In this document: piece by piece, positions 7,419-20,745 of the stretch
How positions within the stretch are numbered: position 1 is the stretch's first letter
Layout: each line of letters starts with the position of its first letter
NCBI GenBank assembly: GCA_937920335.1
Contig: CALGUT010000457.1
Coordinates: 1 to 37,789, forward strand
From: an uncultured Opitutales bacterium
GTDB taxonomy: Bacteria; Verrucomicrobiota; Verrucomicrobiia; Opitutales; UBA2995
Length of the DNA: 37,789 nt
Direction: 5' to 3'
Made by a program: the position numbers and the translations under genes
The notes under the pieces: model-generated
What the model was told of the DNA's origin: nothing
The model's input: the letters and a program-made list of their open reading frames with translations, nothing else
Databases searched by the model: none

Positions 7419-8186
7419 TCAGTTTACAAAATTGAGAATCTGCCGACGATAGGCCTCATCCGGACGACCCACGATGCGATCGACTTCCTCGTCGGGCATA
7501 AAGACCGGTAGCCCTGTTTGGCTGATAGATGCTGCACCGACGAACACCTGAGCCGATTTTTCAGCCATGATCATGGCACCCCAGGCCGCATCGGCAGTGG
7601 GTCCAAGTGTAATGAGTCCGTGGTTTTGGCAAAGTATACTGTTGGGAGCCATGCCCGTCTCAGCTATAAATACGCGCGTCCGTTTGGCGATTTCACGAGC
7701 AAGGTCTACCCCCGGATCGACATAGGGCACCCAGAGTGATTTTGCCTGGCAGCACACTACCTGATCAGGCATCAATCGTTTTTCCGCAAAGAGTGGGCCA
7801 TGATCTCCACACATCACCTGATTCACTGCCACCGGGTGAGTGTGAGCGACATAATTGACACCAGGGAGTGTCAGCAACCAGCCGTGAAACAAGGCTTCCA
7901 CCGACGGCTTGATACCCAACTCATTTGTCCGCGAACGTAGCAAGATGGCATCCGAATCAGGGATGACCTCAGACGACTCGGCTACATCCACCAAGAGTTT
8001 ATCACGGCAAGTAGCCAGACCATCCAGCGTCAGCGTTTCCATCGAGTGGCCGCTCCCTTTAATAGCGAAGGTTCCTTCGTCCAACTTAACCGATGCGTTT
8101 CCCTCCCCCAGTATTGCCAGTCTCCATGCCGGACTACCCAAGCGATGACAAAGACTCAGAAGTGACTCCAGCGGTGCGTTACTCAT
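7419..8186 (-). CDS. Class II aldolase/adducin family protein
   Basis: GEGNAS, KPSVEALFH, HTHP and QNHGL metal-binding motifs. Confidence 0.88.
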   Translation of the reverse strand: MSNAPLESLLSLCHRLGSPAWRLAILGEGNASVKLDEGTFAIKGSGHSMETLTLDGLATCRDKLLVDVAESSEVIPDSDAILLRSRTNELGIKPSVEALFHGWLLTLPGVNYVAHTHPVAVNQVMCGDHGPLFAEKRLMPDQVVCCQAKSLWVPYVDPGVDLAREIAKRTRVFIAETGMAPNSILCQNHGLITLGPTADAAWGAMIMAEKSAQVFVGAASISQTGLPVFMPDEEVDRIVGRPDEAYRRQILNFVN

Positions 8187-8230
8187 TTCAGGAAGGATAT
8201 CGCTTTAGAGTGCAAAAATAGTCAAATCAA

Positions 8231-8270
8231 AAGTTTGCATTTTCTATCATAATCTTCCATTTTCCGTCAT
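8231..8270. promoter_or_regulatory. Candidate DeoR-family operator: four 10-bp phased direct repeats
   Basis: Minus strand reads ATGACGGAAA ATGGAAGATT ATGATAGAAA ATGCAAACTT, within the 87-nt divergent promoter gap. Confidence 0.55.
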
Positions 8271-8273
8271 TTA

Positions 8274-9029
8274 ATGCAAGCCGAGCATCGCCATAAACTT
8301 ATAGAAGCATACCTCAGTGAAGTTGAGTTCGCCTCGCTGGAGGAGTTGTCCGAAAAGGTCGATGCATCGCTTTCTACCGTGAGAAGAGATCTGGGACTCC
8401 TCTCGAACACCGGTAGAATCAAACGCACACACGGAGGCGCCCGACTCATTCAGCCTGCCAAACAGGAATTCGTTTTTACCCAGCGGCAGAAAGTCGAAAG
8501 TGACGCCAAAGATCGGGTTGCTGAAGCCTGCGCCAACCTGATCTCTCCAAATCAGAATTTGTTTCTGGATGCCGGATCGACGGTGTTTGAAGTCGCTCGT
8601 AAACTGGAAGCCCATACGCCGCACATCGTCACCAATAGCCTGTCGATCGCCAATCTCTACGCAGAGCACCGGGAGATCGAGGTGGTTGTCACCGGCGGTG
8701 TCATTTATCCCCGCTTACAGGTCCTCGTGGGCGACCTGGCGGTAAAGGCCTATCGCGCCTTGAATGCCGATATCGCCATCCTGGGTGGTGGCGGCGCTGA
8801 CGAAAACGGTATTATGAACTCACATATGCTACTCATCGATATCCAACAGGCGATGATTCAGTCCGCTCAAAAGGTCATAGTCTGCCTCGACGGTAGCAAA
8901 ATCGGCCGACGCTCTTTCACTCCGCTTTGCGGTTGGGATGCCGTTAACATCCTCATCACCAATCGGGAAGCTCCCAAACCACTGATTAACCACATTAAGA
9001 AACAGGGTGTAGAAGTCATTCTCGCCTAA
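8274..9029 (+). CDS. DeoR/GlpR family transcriptional regulator (probable rhamnose regulator)
   Basis: [12 protein letters not shown]...RTHGGA; sensor domain [18 protein letters not shown]. Confidence 0.93.
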   Translation: MQAEHRHKLIEAYLSEVEFASLEELSEKVDASLSTVRRDLGLLSNTGRIKRTHGGARLIQPAKQEFVFTQRQKVESDAKDRVAEACANLISPNQNLFLDAGSTVFEVARKLEAHTPHIVTNSLSIANLYAEHREIEVVVTGGVIYPRLQVLVGDLAVKAYRALNADIAILGGGGADENGIMNSHMLLIDIQQAMIQSAQKVIVCLDGSKIGRRSFTPLCGWDAVNILITNREAPKPLINHIKKQGVEVILA

Positions 9030-9049
9030 CCAATCAAACGCTTTTCATC

Positions 9050-10306
9050 ATGACATCCAACTCCCATTACTCTCTGGCCCAAGAACAGTATGCCGCGATT
9101 GGCGTTGATACCGACGCAGCGCTCAAAGCACTGGCAACAATTCCAATCTCTGTCCACTGCTGGCAAGGCGATGATGTGGCGGGCTTCGAAGGAGACAGTG
9201 GCATCACCGGCGGCGGTATCATGGCGACCGGAAACTATCCAGGTCGCGCCCGCAGTATCGATGAGCTTCGCAGTGACCTCGAACAAGTCTACTCACTGGT
9301 TCCCGGTAAACATCGACTGAATCTCCATGCCAGCTACCTCGATCACGGCGGCGCCAAAGTCGACCGGACGGAGATCGAAGAGAAGCATTTTCAATCCTGG
9401 GCCGACTGGGCCAAGACTCAGGGACTCGGGCTCGACTTCAACCCGACCTACTTTTCCCATCCCTTGGCCAATGACGGCTTCACCCTCGCCCACCCCGACA
9501 AGCACGTCCGGGAGTTCTGGATCGAACACGGTAAACGCAGTCGCAAGATCGGAGCCTTCTTGGGTCGAGAACTGGACAACACCTGCGTCACCAACATCTG
9601 GATACCCGACGGGCTCAAGGATACACCCGCCGACCGAAGAGGACCCCGTGAACGACTGATCGAATCCCTCGACGAAACCCTATCTGAAAAACTCGACCCG
9701 AACCACAATCTGGACGCCGTTGAGTGTAAGCTCTTCGGATTGGGATCGGAAAGCTACGTGGTAGGCTCTCACGAATTCTACATGGGGTATGCGATGAAAA
9801 ACCAAACGGTCCTCTGCCTGGATGCGGGACACTTTCACCCGACCGAATCTATAGCGGACAAAATCTCGTCCGTCATGTTCTACGTTCCCCGACTACTGCT
9901 CCACGTAAGCCGCGGCGTGCGCTGGGACAGCGATCACGTCATTGTCCTAAACGACGACCTGCAGGCCATTGCCCGCGAACTCGTGGTCGGTGACTACCTC
10001 AGCCGAACTCATGTCGGACTCGACTTTTTTGATGCCAGCATCAATCGGGTCGCGGCCTGGACGATAGGCACGCGCAATATTCTAAGAGCGTTACTCATCG
10101 CGTTGCTTGAGCCAACGGCCCAGTTACAAAGCCTTGAAAAAGAAGGCGACTACACCGCGCGTATGGCGCTCTTCGAATCCGTTAAATCCCTACCCTTCGG
10201 AGCCGTGTGGAATCACTATTGCAAAACCGTCGGCGTACCACTCGACACGGGGTTGATGACACCGATCAAAGACTATGAGCAACAGGTACTGAGTAAACGG
10301 AGCTAG
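9050..10306 (+). CDS. rhaA: L-rhamnose isomerase
   Basis: [72 protein letters not shown]. Confidence 0.96.
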   Translation: MTSNSHYSLAQEQYAAIGVDTDAALKALATIPISVHCWQGDDVAGFEGDSGITGGGIMATGNYPGRARSIDELRSDLEQVYSLVPGKHRLNLHASYLDHGGAKVDRTEIEEKHFQSWADWAKTQGLGLDFNPTYFSHPLANDGFTLAHPDKHVREFWIEHGKRSRKIGAFLGRELDNTCVTNIWIPDGLKDTPADRRGPRERLIESLDETLSEKLDPNHNLDAVECKLFGLGSESYVVGSHEFYMGYAMKNQTVLCLDAGHFHPTESIADKISSVMFYVPRLLLHVSRGVRWDSDHVIVLNDDLQAIARELVVGDYLSRTHVGLDFFDASINRVAAWTIGTRNILRALLIALLEPTAQLQSLEKEGDYTARMALFESVKSLPFGAVWNHYCKTVGVPLDTGLMTPIKDYEQQVLSKRS

Positions 10307-10494
10307 TCCCTGATTCTCGGCGTTAGCCGTTCAATCGGTAAATATTTACGATAGTGAACGTAGTCTTTGTCCTTTGACAAAATAAGCATTCCCCAAAGCA
10401 CGGAACACGCACAAATAATTAAGTCATTGTTGGAACCCTGAATTCCTTTTGCTCGACAGATATTCGAAAACTGAGCGGCGGTTACGAAAACCTT
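10303..10494 (-). pseudogene. vapC: VapC/PIN toxin remnant with internal deletion
   Basis: Manual translation: [63 protein letters not shown]. This matches the PIN C-terminal half, has no start codon and follows vapB directly. Confidence 0.75.
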
Positions 10495-10694
10495 TACTTC
10501 ACTTTGCGTTGCTTCTTGTAATCAAAGGACTCTTCTAGCTCAACGGTACCAAACAGGTCGATAACCTTCAGTTGCTCCCGGCTCCGAACGTACTCAGCAA
10601 GAATCTCGTTAACCGCCTCTTCTTTGGTTTTGAACCCCCCAAGGGCCATGGCCTTCGAAAGTAAACTTTCATTCAACTCAATATTCGCAGCCAC
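10494..10694 (-). CDS. vapB: Type II TA antitoxin, VapB family
   Basis: (M)AANIELNESLLSKAMALGGFKTKEEAVNEILAEYVR...LFGTV...FDYKKQR. GTG start at 10694 inferred. Confidence 0.85.
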   Translation of the reverse strand: MAANIELNESLLSKAMALGGFKTKEEAVNEILAEYVRSREQLKVIDLFGTVELEESFDYKKQRKVK

Positions 10695-10750
10695 GCACAA
10701 GAACTCGCACGTAGTTCAGAACTTATCGATACTTTTCAGTAACAGAACAG

Positions 10751-11479
10751 CTAACCATTCGTCCGCAGGGTGGACCGACCCCCGTCGATTCGCAGCACCT
10801 GTCCGGTTATCCAATCGGACTCGTCGGAGATGAGAAAAGCGGTCATCGAAGCGATATCTTCCGCTGTTCCCAAGCGAGGGAGCGGATGCATTTTGGCAAT
10901 CGCCTCTGCCATTTTCTCGTTGGATAGAATCCCTTGCGCCAAGGGCGTATCTGTAAGCGACGGAGCGATCGTATTGACCCGGATCTTGGGTGCCAACTCA
11001 GCAGCCAGCGACAAAGCCAATCCCTCAACGGCCCCTTTGGCCATCCCCACCGAGGCGTGGAGTTTAAACCCCTGCTGAACCGCGATCGTTGAGTAGAGCA
11101 CTACTGAAGCGGTTCCAAAACTGTTTTTGAGAGCCGGTAACACCGACTGAACAGCCAACGCGGCTCCCACTGCATTGACCCGAAAATCCTCCAGGTAATC
11201 AGCTTCTTTGAAACGCTGAAACGCACCGAGGTTGATCGTGCCGACTGCATACACGAGCCCATGCACGCTCTTACCCGCATCCTCAGCCACCCGACCGAAA
11301 AGCTCGGTGTCCTTGACATCCCCAACTGTAAACCCTGCTCCCAGCTCATCAGCCGCCGACGCGAGCGCCTCTTCATTTCGACCGACCAGATGCAGAGCAT
11401 AGCCTTTTTCTTTCAGTTGCTTTCCAGTCGCCAACCCAATTCCGCTGGCGCCTCCATAAATAATGATCTTTCGCGACAT
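10751..11479 (-). CDS. SDR family oxidoreductase
   Basis: GGASGIG, IRVNTIAPSLTDTP, WITGQVLRIDGG. Active-site segment reads HASVGMAK rather than canonical YxxxK. Confidence 0.9.
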   Translation of the reverse strand: MSRKIIIYGGASGIGLATGKQLKEKGYALHLVGRNEEALASAADELGAGFTVGDVKDTELFGRVAEDAGKSVHGLVYAVGTINLGAFQRFKEADYLEDFRVNAVGAALAVQSVLPALKNSFGTASVVLYSTIAVQQGFKLHASVGMAKGAVEGLALSLAAELAPKIRVNTIAPSLTDTPLAQGILSNEKMAEAIAKMHPLPRLGTAEDIASMTAFLISDESDWITGQVLRIDGGRSTLRTNG

Positions 11480-11600
11480 AGTTTTGAAATATTTAAGGAT
11501 AACGATGTACCGTCTCCCTCACTTTGCCACCGACAGATGAATCTTTGTCAGCGAACAAACACTGAATTCCGATTCAGAAGCGATTCGATGTCGGATGCTC

Positions 11601-13151
11601 CTAAAATTTCTCTGGAGCGACTTCTTTAAGTATACCGAGAAGTTCTTTCGCTTTCTCGGGATATTTTCCGGCCAAATCCCGTTGCTCACCTGGGTCTTCG
11701 GATAAGTGAAACAGAAATCCATTCTTCGGTACCGGCGTATTGAGATTTTGGTCGATACCGAGGCGATCGCGAATCACGCCAGAACCGCCCGGTGGAATAA
11801 ACTTCCAGTTCCCCTGACGAATAGCCAGCTCACCCAGCGCTTCCTGAATTAAGTAATCGCGTCCCTGTGGAGATTCCCCCAACAAAGCCGGTAACACATT
11901 GTAACTGTCGCTGCTGGAACCCTTGGGCATCGGTTTTCCAAGAAGTGCGGCGATCGATGCAAATAGATCAACCTGACTAACCAACGCATCGGAGATACCC
12001 GGCTCAATCTTACCCGGCCAGGTCACGATGAATGGCATACGCGTGCCCCCTTCCCAGCGACCGTATTTTCCACCCCGCCAAGGTCCGGCAGCTTTATGGT
12101 CACCCTGACGCTCAATGGCACCGTCCCAATAACCGTCGAATAACACGGGACCATTATCACTGGAGAGGACGATCATGGTGTTCTCGGTCAATCCCTGCTC
12201 CTCAACCGCCAATACGATCTGCTTCACGCACCAGTCAAATTCCATGATCGCATCCCCGCGCGGGCCCAAGCTGGAGGAACCAATAAAGCGGCGGTGTGGG
12301 ACACGGGGCACATGGTTGTCGTGCGTGGCAAAATAGAGGAAAAACGGGTTATCTTTTTCCCGCTCAATAAAGCCGACGGCCTTTTCAACAAATACATCGG
12401 CCATGTCCTCGTCGACAAACCGGGCTTTCTGCCCACCGGTCATCGTGCCGATTCGACTGACGCCATTTACGATCGTGCCGGAGTGTTGCTCATCGGCCTG
12501 CACCTTTAATAGATGCGGGTGCGAAATACCCGTCGGCTCATTACCTACCGGCTCTGCATAACTCACGGAGATGGGATCATTCGGGTCATGATCCACGATG
12601 TATCCATCTTCGATGTAGACCGATGGAACCCGGTCACCGGTAGCGGCGATGTGAAACGAATACTCGAAACCCACTTCACGAGGCCCGGGCTTGATTTCAG
12701 CATTCCAATCCAAGGGCTCAGTTGCACTCCCCAGGCCCAAGTGCCACTTACCGACCAATGCCGTGGTATAGCCGTTTTCTTGCAAGAATTTTGGAAGCGT
12801 CGGCTGTTTGGGATTGATGATCAGAGGTGCGTTGCCGGGCAAGATACGCGCTCCCTTATTCCGAAAGGCATACTGCCCAGTGAGCAACGAGTAGCGAGAC
12901 GGCGTGCACGTCGCCGCAGAGCAATAACCCGACAGGAACTTAAGTCCGTTAGCCGCCAGACGATCCGTGTAGGCGGTATCCGCACCGGTACCTCCGTAGG
13001 CACTGATATCTCCGTAGCCGATGTCATCGGCATAGATGAAAATAATATTGGGGCGTTCGGCAGCACCTGCTGACTGAAAAGCCAACATAAGGAGCCCACC
13101 TGCCAAAACAGACAGCTTGGTCTTCGTAAGTAGAGTTCGGATAGATTTCAT
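11601..13151 (-). CDS. Arylsulfatase (S1 formylglycine-dependent sulfatase), secreted
   Basis: Signal peptide from MKSIR (13151). RPNIIFIYADDIGYGD, CTPSR, GKWHLG, SSDNG. Confidence 0.92.
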   Translation of the reverse strand: MKSIRTLLTKTKLSVLAGGLLMLAFQSAGAAERPNIIFIYADDIGYGDISAYGGTGADTAYTDRLAANGLKFLSGYCSAATCTPSRYSLLTGQYAFRNKGARILPGNAPLIINPKQPTLPKFLQENGYTTALVGKWHLGLGSATEPLDWNAEIKPGPREVGFEYSFHIAATGDRVPSVYIEDGYIVDHDPNDPISVSYAEPVGNEPTGISHPHLLKVQADEQHSGTIVNGVSRIGTMTGGQKARFVDEDMADVFVEKAVGFIEREKDNPFFLYFATHDNHVPRVPHRRFIGSSSLGPRGDAIMEFDWCVKQIVLAVEEQGLTENTMIVLSSDNGPVLFDGYWDGAIERQGDHKAAGPWRGGKYGRWEGGTRMPFIVTWPGKIEPGISDALVSQVDLFASIAALLGKPMPKGSSSDSYNVLPALLGESPQGRDYLIQEALGELAIRQGNWKFIPPGGSGVIRDRLGIDQNLNTPVPKNGFLFHLSEDPGEQRDLAGKYPEKAKELLGILKEVAPEKF

Positions 13152-13158
13152 GTAGTAG

Positions 13159-16344
<3,186 letters not shown>

Positions 16345-16474
16345 TCATTCGCTAAAAAAAAGAGTCTGATCTTGCAGAAAAATCAGACTTTTCAAGAAAA
16401 CATTGCCAAGCGACCCCGGCCGAATCAGTGTCGAAATGAACCCTTCAGCAACCTAGTATTTGTTTACTTCCACG

Positions 16475-18268
16475 ATGCCGAAAAGGACCGGTAAGACTTT
16501 CTGCGTTGAGCTCATCAAGCCCTCCCACTACGACGATAATGGCTATGTCATCCGTTGGTGGAAAGCGTGGATTCCGTCCAACTCGTTGGCCGTTCTGCAC
16601 GGATTATCCCTCGATGCGGCTCGTCGAAATGTGCTGGGAGAAGAGGTCTCGTTTCTTATTAACGCCTACGACGAAACGAACACCCGGATACGGATCCAAC
16701 AGATCATAAAACGGTTTCGTAAATACGACAATTGTGGTCTGATTTGCCTCGTTGGCGTACAGAGCAACCAGTATCCACGGGCCCTCGCAATGGGAAAACA
16801 GTTCAGGGCCGCCGGTATCCAAGTTGCCATGGGTGGGTTTCACGTAAGTGGTTGCCTGTCGATGCTACCTGACCTGACACCGGAGCTCCAGGAAGCCGTC
16901 GACGCAGGTATCACGCTCTTCGCCGGGGAATCCGAGGGACGACTGGAGGGGCTTTTCCGTGACGCCCATAACAAACAGCTGAAACCCATTTACAACTACC
17001 TGAAAGATTTACCCGACCTGCAGGACGAACCCCTTCCCTTTTTACCAAATAAGAACGTTCGACGTTACGCCCGCTCGATCGGCTGTTTCGACGCGGGTCG
17101 CGGGTGCCCATTCTCCTGCAGCTTCTGCACCATCATCAATGTTCAGGGACAGAAGTCCCGCTATAGAAACGCCGACGATGTAGAGGGTATCATCCGGGCT
17201 CACGTGACTGAAGGCGTCGATACCTTTTTCATCACCGATGACAACTTTGCCAGAAACAAAAACTGGGAAGAGATTTTTGATCGCCTGGCTCACTTACGGG
17301 AGCAGGAAGGGCTGGAGGTCTACTTTGTCATGCAAGTCGACACCCTCTGCCACAAAATCCCCAACTTCATTGTAAAAGCCCAGCGCGCCGGCTGCCGCTT
17401 TGTGTTCCTCGGTCTGGAAAACATTAACCCGGAAAGCCTGATGGGCGTCTCCAAGCGCCAGAACCGCATCACCGAATACCGCAAAATGCTACAAGCCTGG
17501 CACGAGGTCCGAGTGATCACTTACTGCGGTTATATATTGGGATTCCCTGGCGATACCCCGCAGACGATCGAACGGGATATCAAAATCATTCAAAAAGAAC
17601 TGCCGGTTGATCTACTGGAGTTTTTTATCCTTACCCCACTTCCTGGTTCGGTTGACCACCGGGAACTATACCTGAAGGGCGTCTGGATGGATCCCGATCT
17701 TAACAACTATGACCTGGAGCACGCGACCCGTGAGCATGAGTTGATGAGTAAAGAAGAGTTGGAGGGAATCTACGACAAAGCCTGGCACATCTACTACTCC
17801 TGGGAACACATTGAAACACTGATTCGACGGGCAGCCGCCGCGAACATGCACGTGCCGCGCCTGGTATCTTTGGTTTTCGAGTTTTACGGCAGCTACCGCT
17901 TTGAACGGTTGCACCCGCTACAGAGTGGATTGATCCGCCGGAAAAACCGCCTGGAAAGACGCCCGGAACGCCCCCGTGAATCGATCATGAGCTACTACCC
18001 GAAACGACTTTGGGAAATCACAAGAACCTACATCCCCGGCTCTCTATTCCTCGTCCGACTCCTTTGGATCTGGCTCAAGGTTCACCGCGATTCAAACAAG
18101 AAAAGCTTCAAAGATCTCGCAACCATACCCGTGGAAGACCAACTCGAAGAGGACCTGGAACTGTTCGAAGTCACTGAGGCCGCAAGAAACACCGTTGCCA
18201 AAGCCAAGGCAAATCAGCATAAACTTTCAGACCAACGTTCGAAAGTTCGTCAACCTACGAACGAATAA
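16475..18268 (+). CDS. Radical SAM protein with predicted N-terminal cobalamin-binding-like domain
   Basis: GRGCPFSCSFC (CX3CX2C), MGGFHVS, FITDDNF, GLEN, GYILGFPGDT. ATG at 16475. Confidence 0.88.
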   Translation: MPKRTGKTFCVELIKPSHYDDNGYVIRWWKAWIPSNSLAVLHGLSLDAARRNVLGEEVSFLINAYDETNTRIRIQQIIKRFRKYDNCGLICLVGVQSNQYPRALAMGKQFRAAGIQVAMGGFHVSGCLSMLPDLTPELQEAVDAGITLFAGESEGRLEGLFRDAHNKQLKPIYNYLKDLPDLQDEPLPFLPNKNVRRYARSIGCFDAGRGCPFSCSFCTIINVQGQKSRYRNADDVEGIIRAHVTEGVDTFFITDDNFARNKNWEEIFDRLAHLREQEGLEVYFVMQVDTLCHKIPNFIVKAQRAGCRFVFLGLENINPESLMGVSKRQNRITEYRKMLQAWHEVRVITYCGYILGFPGDTPQTIERDIKIIQKELPVDLLEFFILTPLPGSVDHRELYLKGVWMDPDLNNYDLEHATREHELMSKEELEGIYDKAWHIYYSWEHIETLIRRAAAANMHVPRLVSLVFEFYGSYRFERLHPLQSGLIRRKNRLERRPERPRESIMSYYPKRLWEITRTYIPGSLFLVRLLWIWLKVHRDSNKKSFKDLATIPVEDQLEEDLELFEVTEAARNTVAKAKANQHKLSDQRSKVRQPTNE

Positions 18269-18313
18269 ATCGAACTCACAACCCCGCTAACTCATACCCT
18301 AACGAAACTCATC

Positions 18314-19519
18314 ATGCCGAATAACTTCTTCTCTCGCCGTAACTGGATAAAATCCATGCTCGTGGCACCCCCCGCCCTACTGGGAATGAATGCAGCGAGC
18401 TCGACCGTCAAAGCCGCTCCGATCAATCCGAATGACAAGATCAAGGTCACGAAACTTGAAACCTTTGTGCTTAAAAACTCCTGGGTCTTCGTGAAAATCT
18501 CTACCAACGCTGGCATCACCGGTTGGGGAGAAATGCTGAAAGACGACGCCAAAGCCTGCGCAGCCGGTGCCTTGGAAGTCGGCGACTATTTGATCGGCAA
18601 GGACCCACGCCCTGTGCTCCATCACTGGCAAGCCATCCACCGCGGGGCCTTTTATCGGGGTGGACCGATCAAATCGGCCATCTCGTCAGGGATAGACCAG
18701 GCTCTCTGGGATATCGCGGGAAAATGCTATGGTGTACCCGTTTATAAACTACTGGGAGGACCCACCCGGGACAAAGTATTCGTCTACGGAACTCCCGACA
18801 AGAAGACCGGCGTCCGGGCAATGAAGGTCGGCCCTTCCGCCCATCGCAAAGCCCACAAATACCTGGAAGGGCACAAGATGGTAGACGCAGTTGTTGAGAA
18901 GTTTGCTGCTCTGCGCGAACAGTATCCAGACGTCGATATTGGAATTGATTTCCATGGAGCGGTTCAACCCACAACGGCGAGCATCTTGATTAAGGCACTC
19001 GAACCATATCGCCCTTGGTTTTACGAGGAAATCGTGCAAGCCTTGAATGTAGACGTGATGGCTGATCTGGCGAAAAAGACCCACATTCCCTTGGCAACCG
19101 GCGAACGAGTCTTTCTTAAATGGGGCTTCCGGGAGATCCTGGAAAAAGGAGCCGCCATGATTCTACAACCCGACGTAAATTATGCGGGGGGTATCACGGA
19201 GCTCAAAGTTATCGCAGGCATGGCAGAAGCCTATTACGCGCCGATTGCGCCACACAATCCGAACGGGCCCTGTTCCTTGGCAGCCAGCTTACAAGTTGCA
19301 GGCTGTGTACCTAATTTCCTGGTGCAGGAGCGAGGGGACCGCGAACACGAACTGTTGGCCGAGCCTTTACCTCCTGTAAGAGATGGTTATAGGCCGCTCC
19401 CCACGGGTCCAGGACTCGGTATCACTATCGATGAGGATAAATTGATGGATGAGGTTGGGGAACCGAGAGAGTACCTGCCACAGTTCGACGAAGACGACGG
19501 CTCAGTAGTCGATTGGTAA
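18314..19519 (+). CDS. Galactonate dehydratase-like enolase-superfamily protein with Tat signal
   Basis: SRRNWIK leader. FYRGGPI...SGIDQALWDIAGK, DFHG, EE, ATGER, QPD, APHNP; C-terminal DGSVVDW typical of DgoD. Confidence 0.85.
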   Translation: MPNNFFSRRNWIKSMLVAPPALLGMNAASSTVKAAPINPNDKIKVTKLETFVLKNSWVFVKISTNAGITGWGEMLKDDAKACAAGALEVGDYLIGKDPRPVLHHWQAIHRGAFYRGGPIKSAISSGIDQALWDIAGKCYGVPVYKLLGGPTRDKVFVYGTPDKKTGVRAMKVGPSAHRKAHKYLEGHKMVDAVVEKFAALREQYPDVDIGIDFHGAVQPTTASILIKALEPYRPWFYEEIVQALNVDVMADLAKKTHIPLATGERVFLKWGFREILEKGAAMILQPDVNYAGGITELKVIAGMAEAYYAPIAPHNPNGPCSLAASLQVAGCVPNFLVQERGDREHELLAEPLPPVRDGYRPLPTGPGLGITIDEDKLMDEVGEPREYLPQFDEDDGSVVDW

Positions 19520-19531
19520 AGACCTCGACTA

Positions 19532-19759
19532 CTACTTAGCGGTCGTTAACACAGCCAGCTCTTTTTCAAGGGCCTCAATGCGTTGACTCAGCTCCAGATT
19601 CTTCGCACGAAGACTTGCTAGCTCTGACGCCGCGGATTCAGCTTGAGCGGCAGTCGGCAGATTTTCAGGCGTAAGGCTATCGGCTGGCTTATTGATACCA
19701 AACATATAACCAACCCACAGCCCCACAATTAGACAGACAACAAAAGGAAATGATTTCAT
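19532..19759 (-). CDS. Small membrane-anchored coiled-coil hypothetical protein
   Basis: Hydrophobic N-terminus (FPFVVCLIVGLWVGYMFG) and heptad-like C-terminus (LASLRAKNLELSQRIEALEKEL). Confidence 0.65.
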   Translation of the reverse strand: MKSFPFVVCLIVGLWVGYMFGINKPADSLTPENLPTAAQAESAASELASLRAKNLELSQRIEALEKELAVLTTAK

Positions 19760-19810
19760 AGATTTCACATACGGTGGCAAAGCCACTGATCTTGGCAACA
19801 GGGTATCCCA

Positions 19811-20392
19811 CTAAAACGGCAAAATAAATCGTCCAAGCCCCTTCATGGTATCCACGAAGAAGTCACCTATCCGCGCACCGATAGCCAACCTAACCGGATC
19901 ACTGGAGCTTTCCCCGTTTCGACTTTCGGAAAGATCCATTCCAACGTAATAGTACTGATCACTTCCGTGAGAATGAACTCCATCGGATACCAGTAGACCG
20001 TACACCCGCTCCGTGCCATAGTCGTCGCTCGTCATTTGATTCGTCATCAGATGAATCACAAGCAAACGATTCTTCCAGGAAACCTGTAGCTGATTACCAT
20101 GGGTCACATCCCGCCTGTAGAGTGCGACACGATCGATGTCCTTTATAGGAATCGTGAGATCAGATAATGATGCCTGTCCGGAACTCGTGGAGATTTGCAG
20201 CGAATCCCCGGTCAACACAAGGTCTCCCTGGGCAAACTGCAACTGGTTATCCCCCCGATCGATCTCGGCAAAACTGCAGCGATTAAAGAGTCTAACCGGA
20301 GAATCCACCGATGCACTCTCCTGCTTTCCTGAAAACGACGCACATCCGGGCAACAGAAGTACGAGCGATAATATGGAGAGGATAGCTTTCAC
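19811..20392 (-). CDS. Hypothetical lipoprotein
   Basis: (M)KAILSILSLVLLLPGC lipobox-like leader from GTG at 20392. No family recognised. Confidence 0.6.
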   Translation of the reverse strand: MKAILSILSLVLLLPGCASFSGKQESASVDSPVRLFNRCSFAEIDRGDNQLQFAQGDLVLTGDSLQISTSSGQASLSDLTIPIKDIDRVALYRRDVTHGNQLQVSWKNRLLVIHLMTNQMTSDDYGTERVYGLLVSDGVHSHGSDQYYYVGMDLSESRNGESSSDPVRLAIGARIGDFFVDTMKGLGRFILPF

Positions 20393-20745
20393 AAAGATTA
20401 TTAGAACGCACACTCTGCATGCTTCCCCCATCTGCTTTCAAGCTCAACCATAGCGAGGGCTCAATAGCCCAACTGCATGGCCCAAAACCGAAACGGTCGT
20501 TAGCTACCCAAAACCGTGACCGAGGAAATAACTCATTTCAAGGATCTCACTTTCCCGCTACCGATTGACGCATTTTCGGCTTACTTTAAGGACAGAATAG
20601 CATTGCTAACCCCTTCAACCCAATGATTGGTTGCACGTGCCATATTCGTGGCGCTTTTACACCCAACGGCTAAACTACCCAGTTGATCTGCGCCTCGGTT
20701 AGTCGAGAGCACCGTTCACAAGAAAAACTCAATCACTAAAGATCA

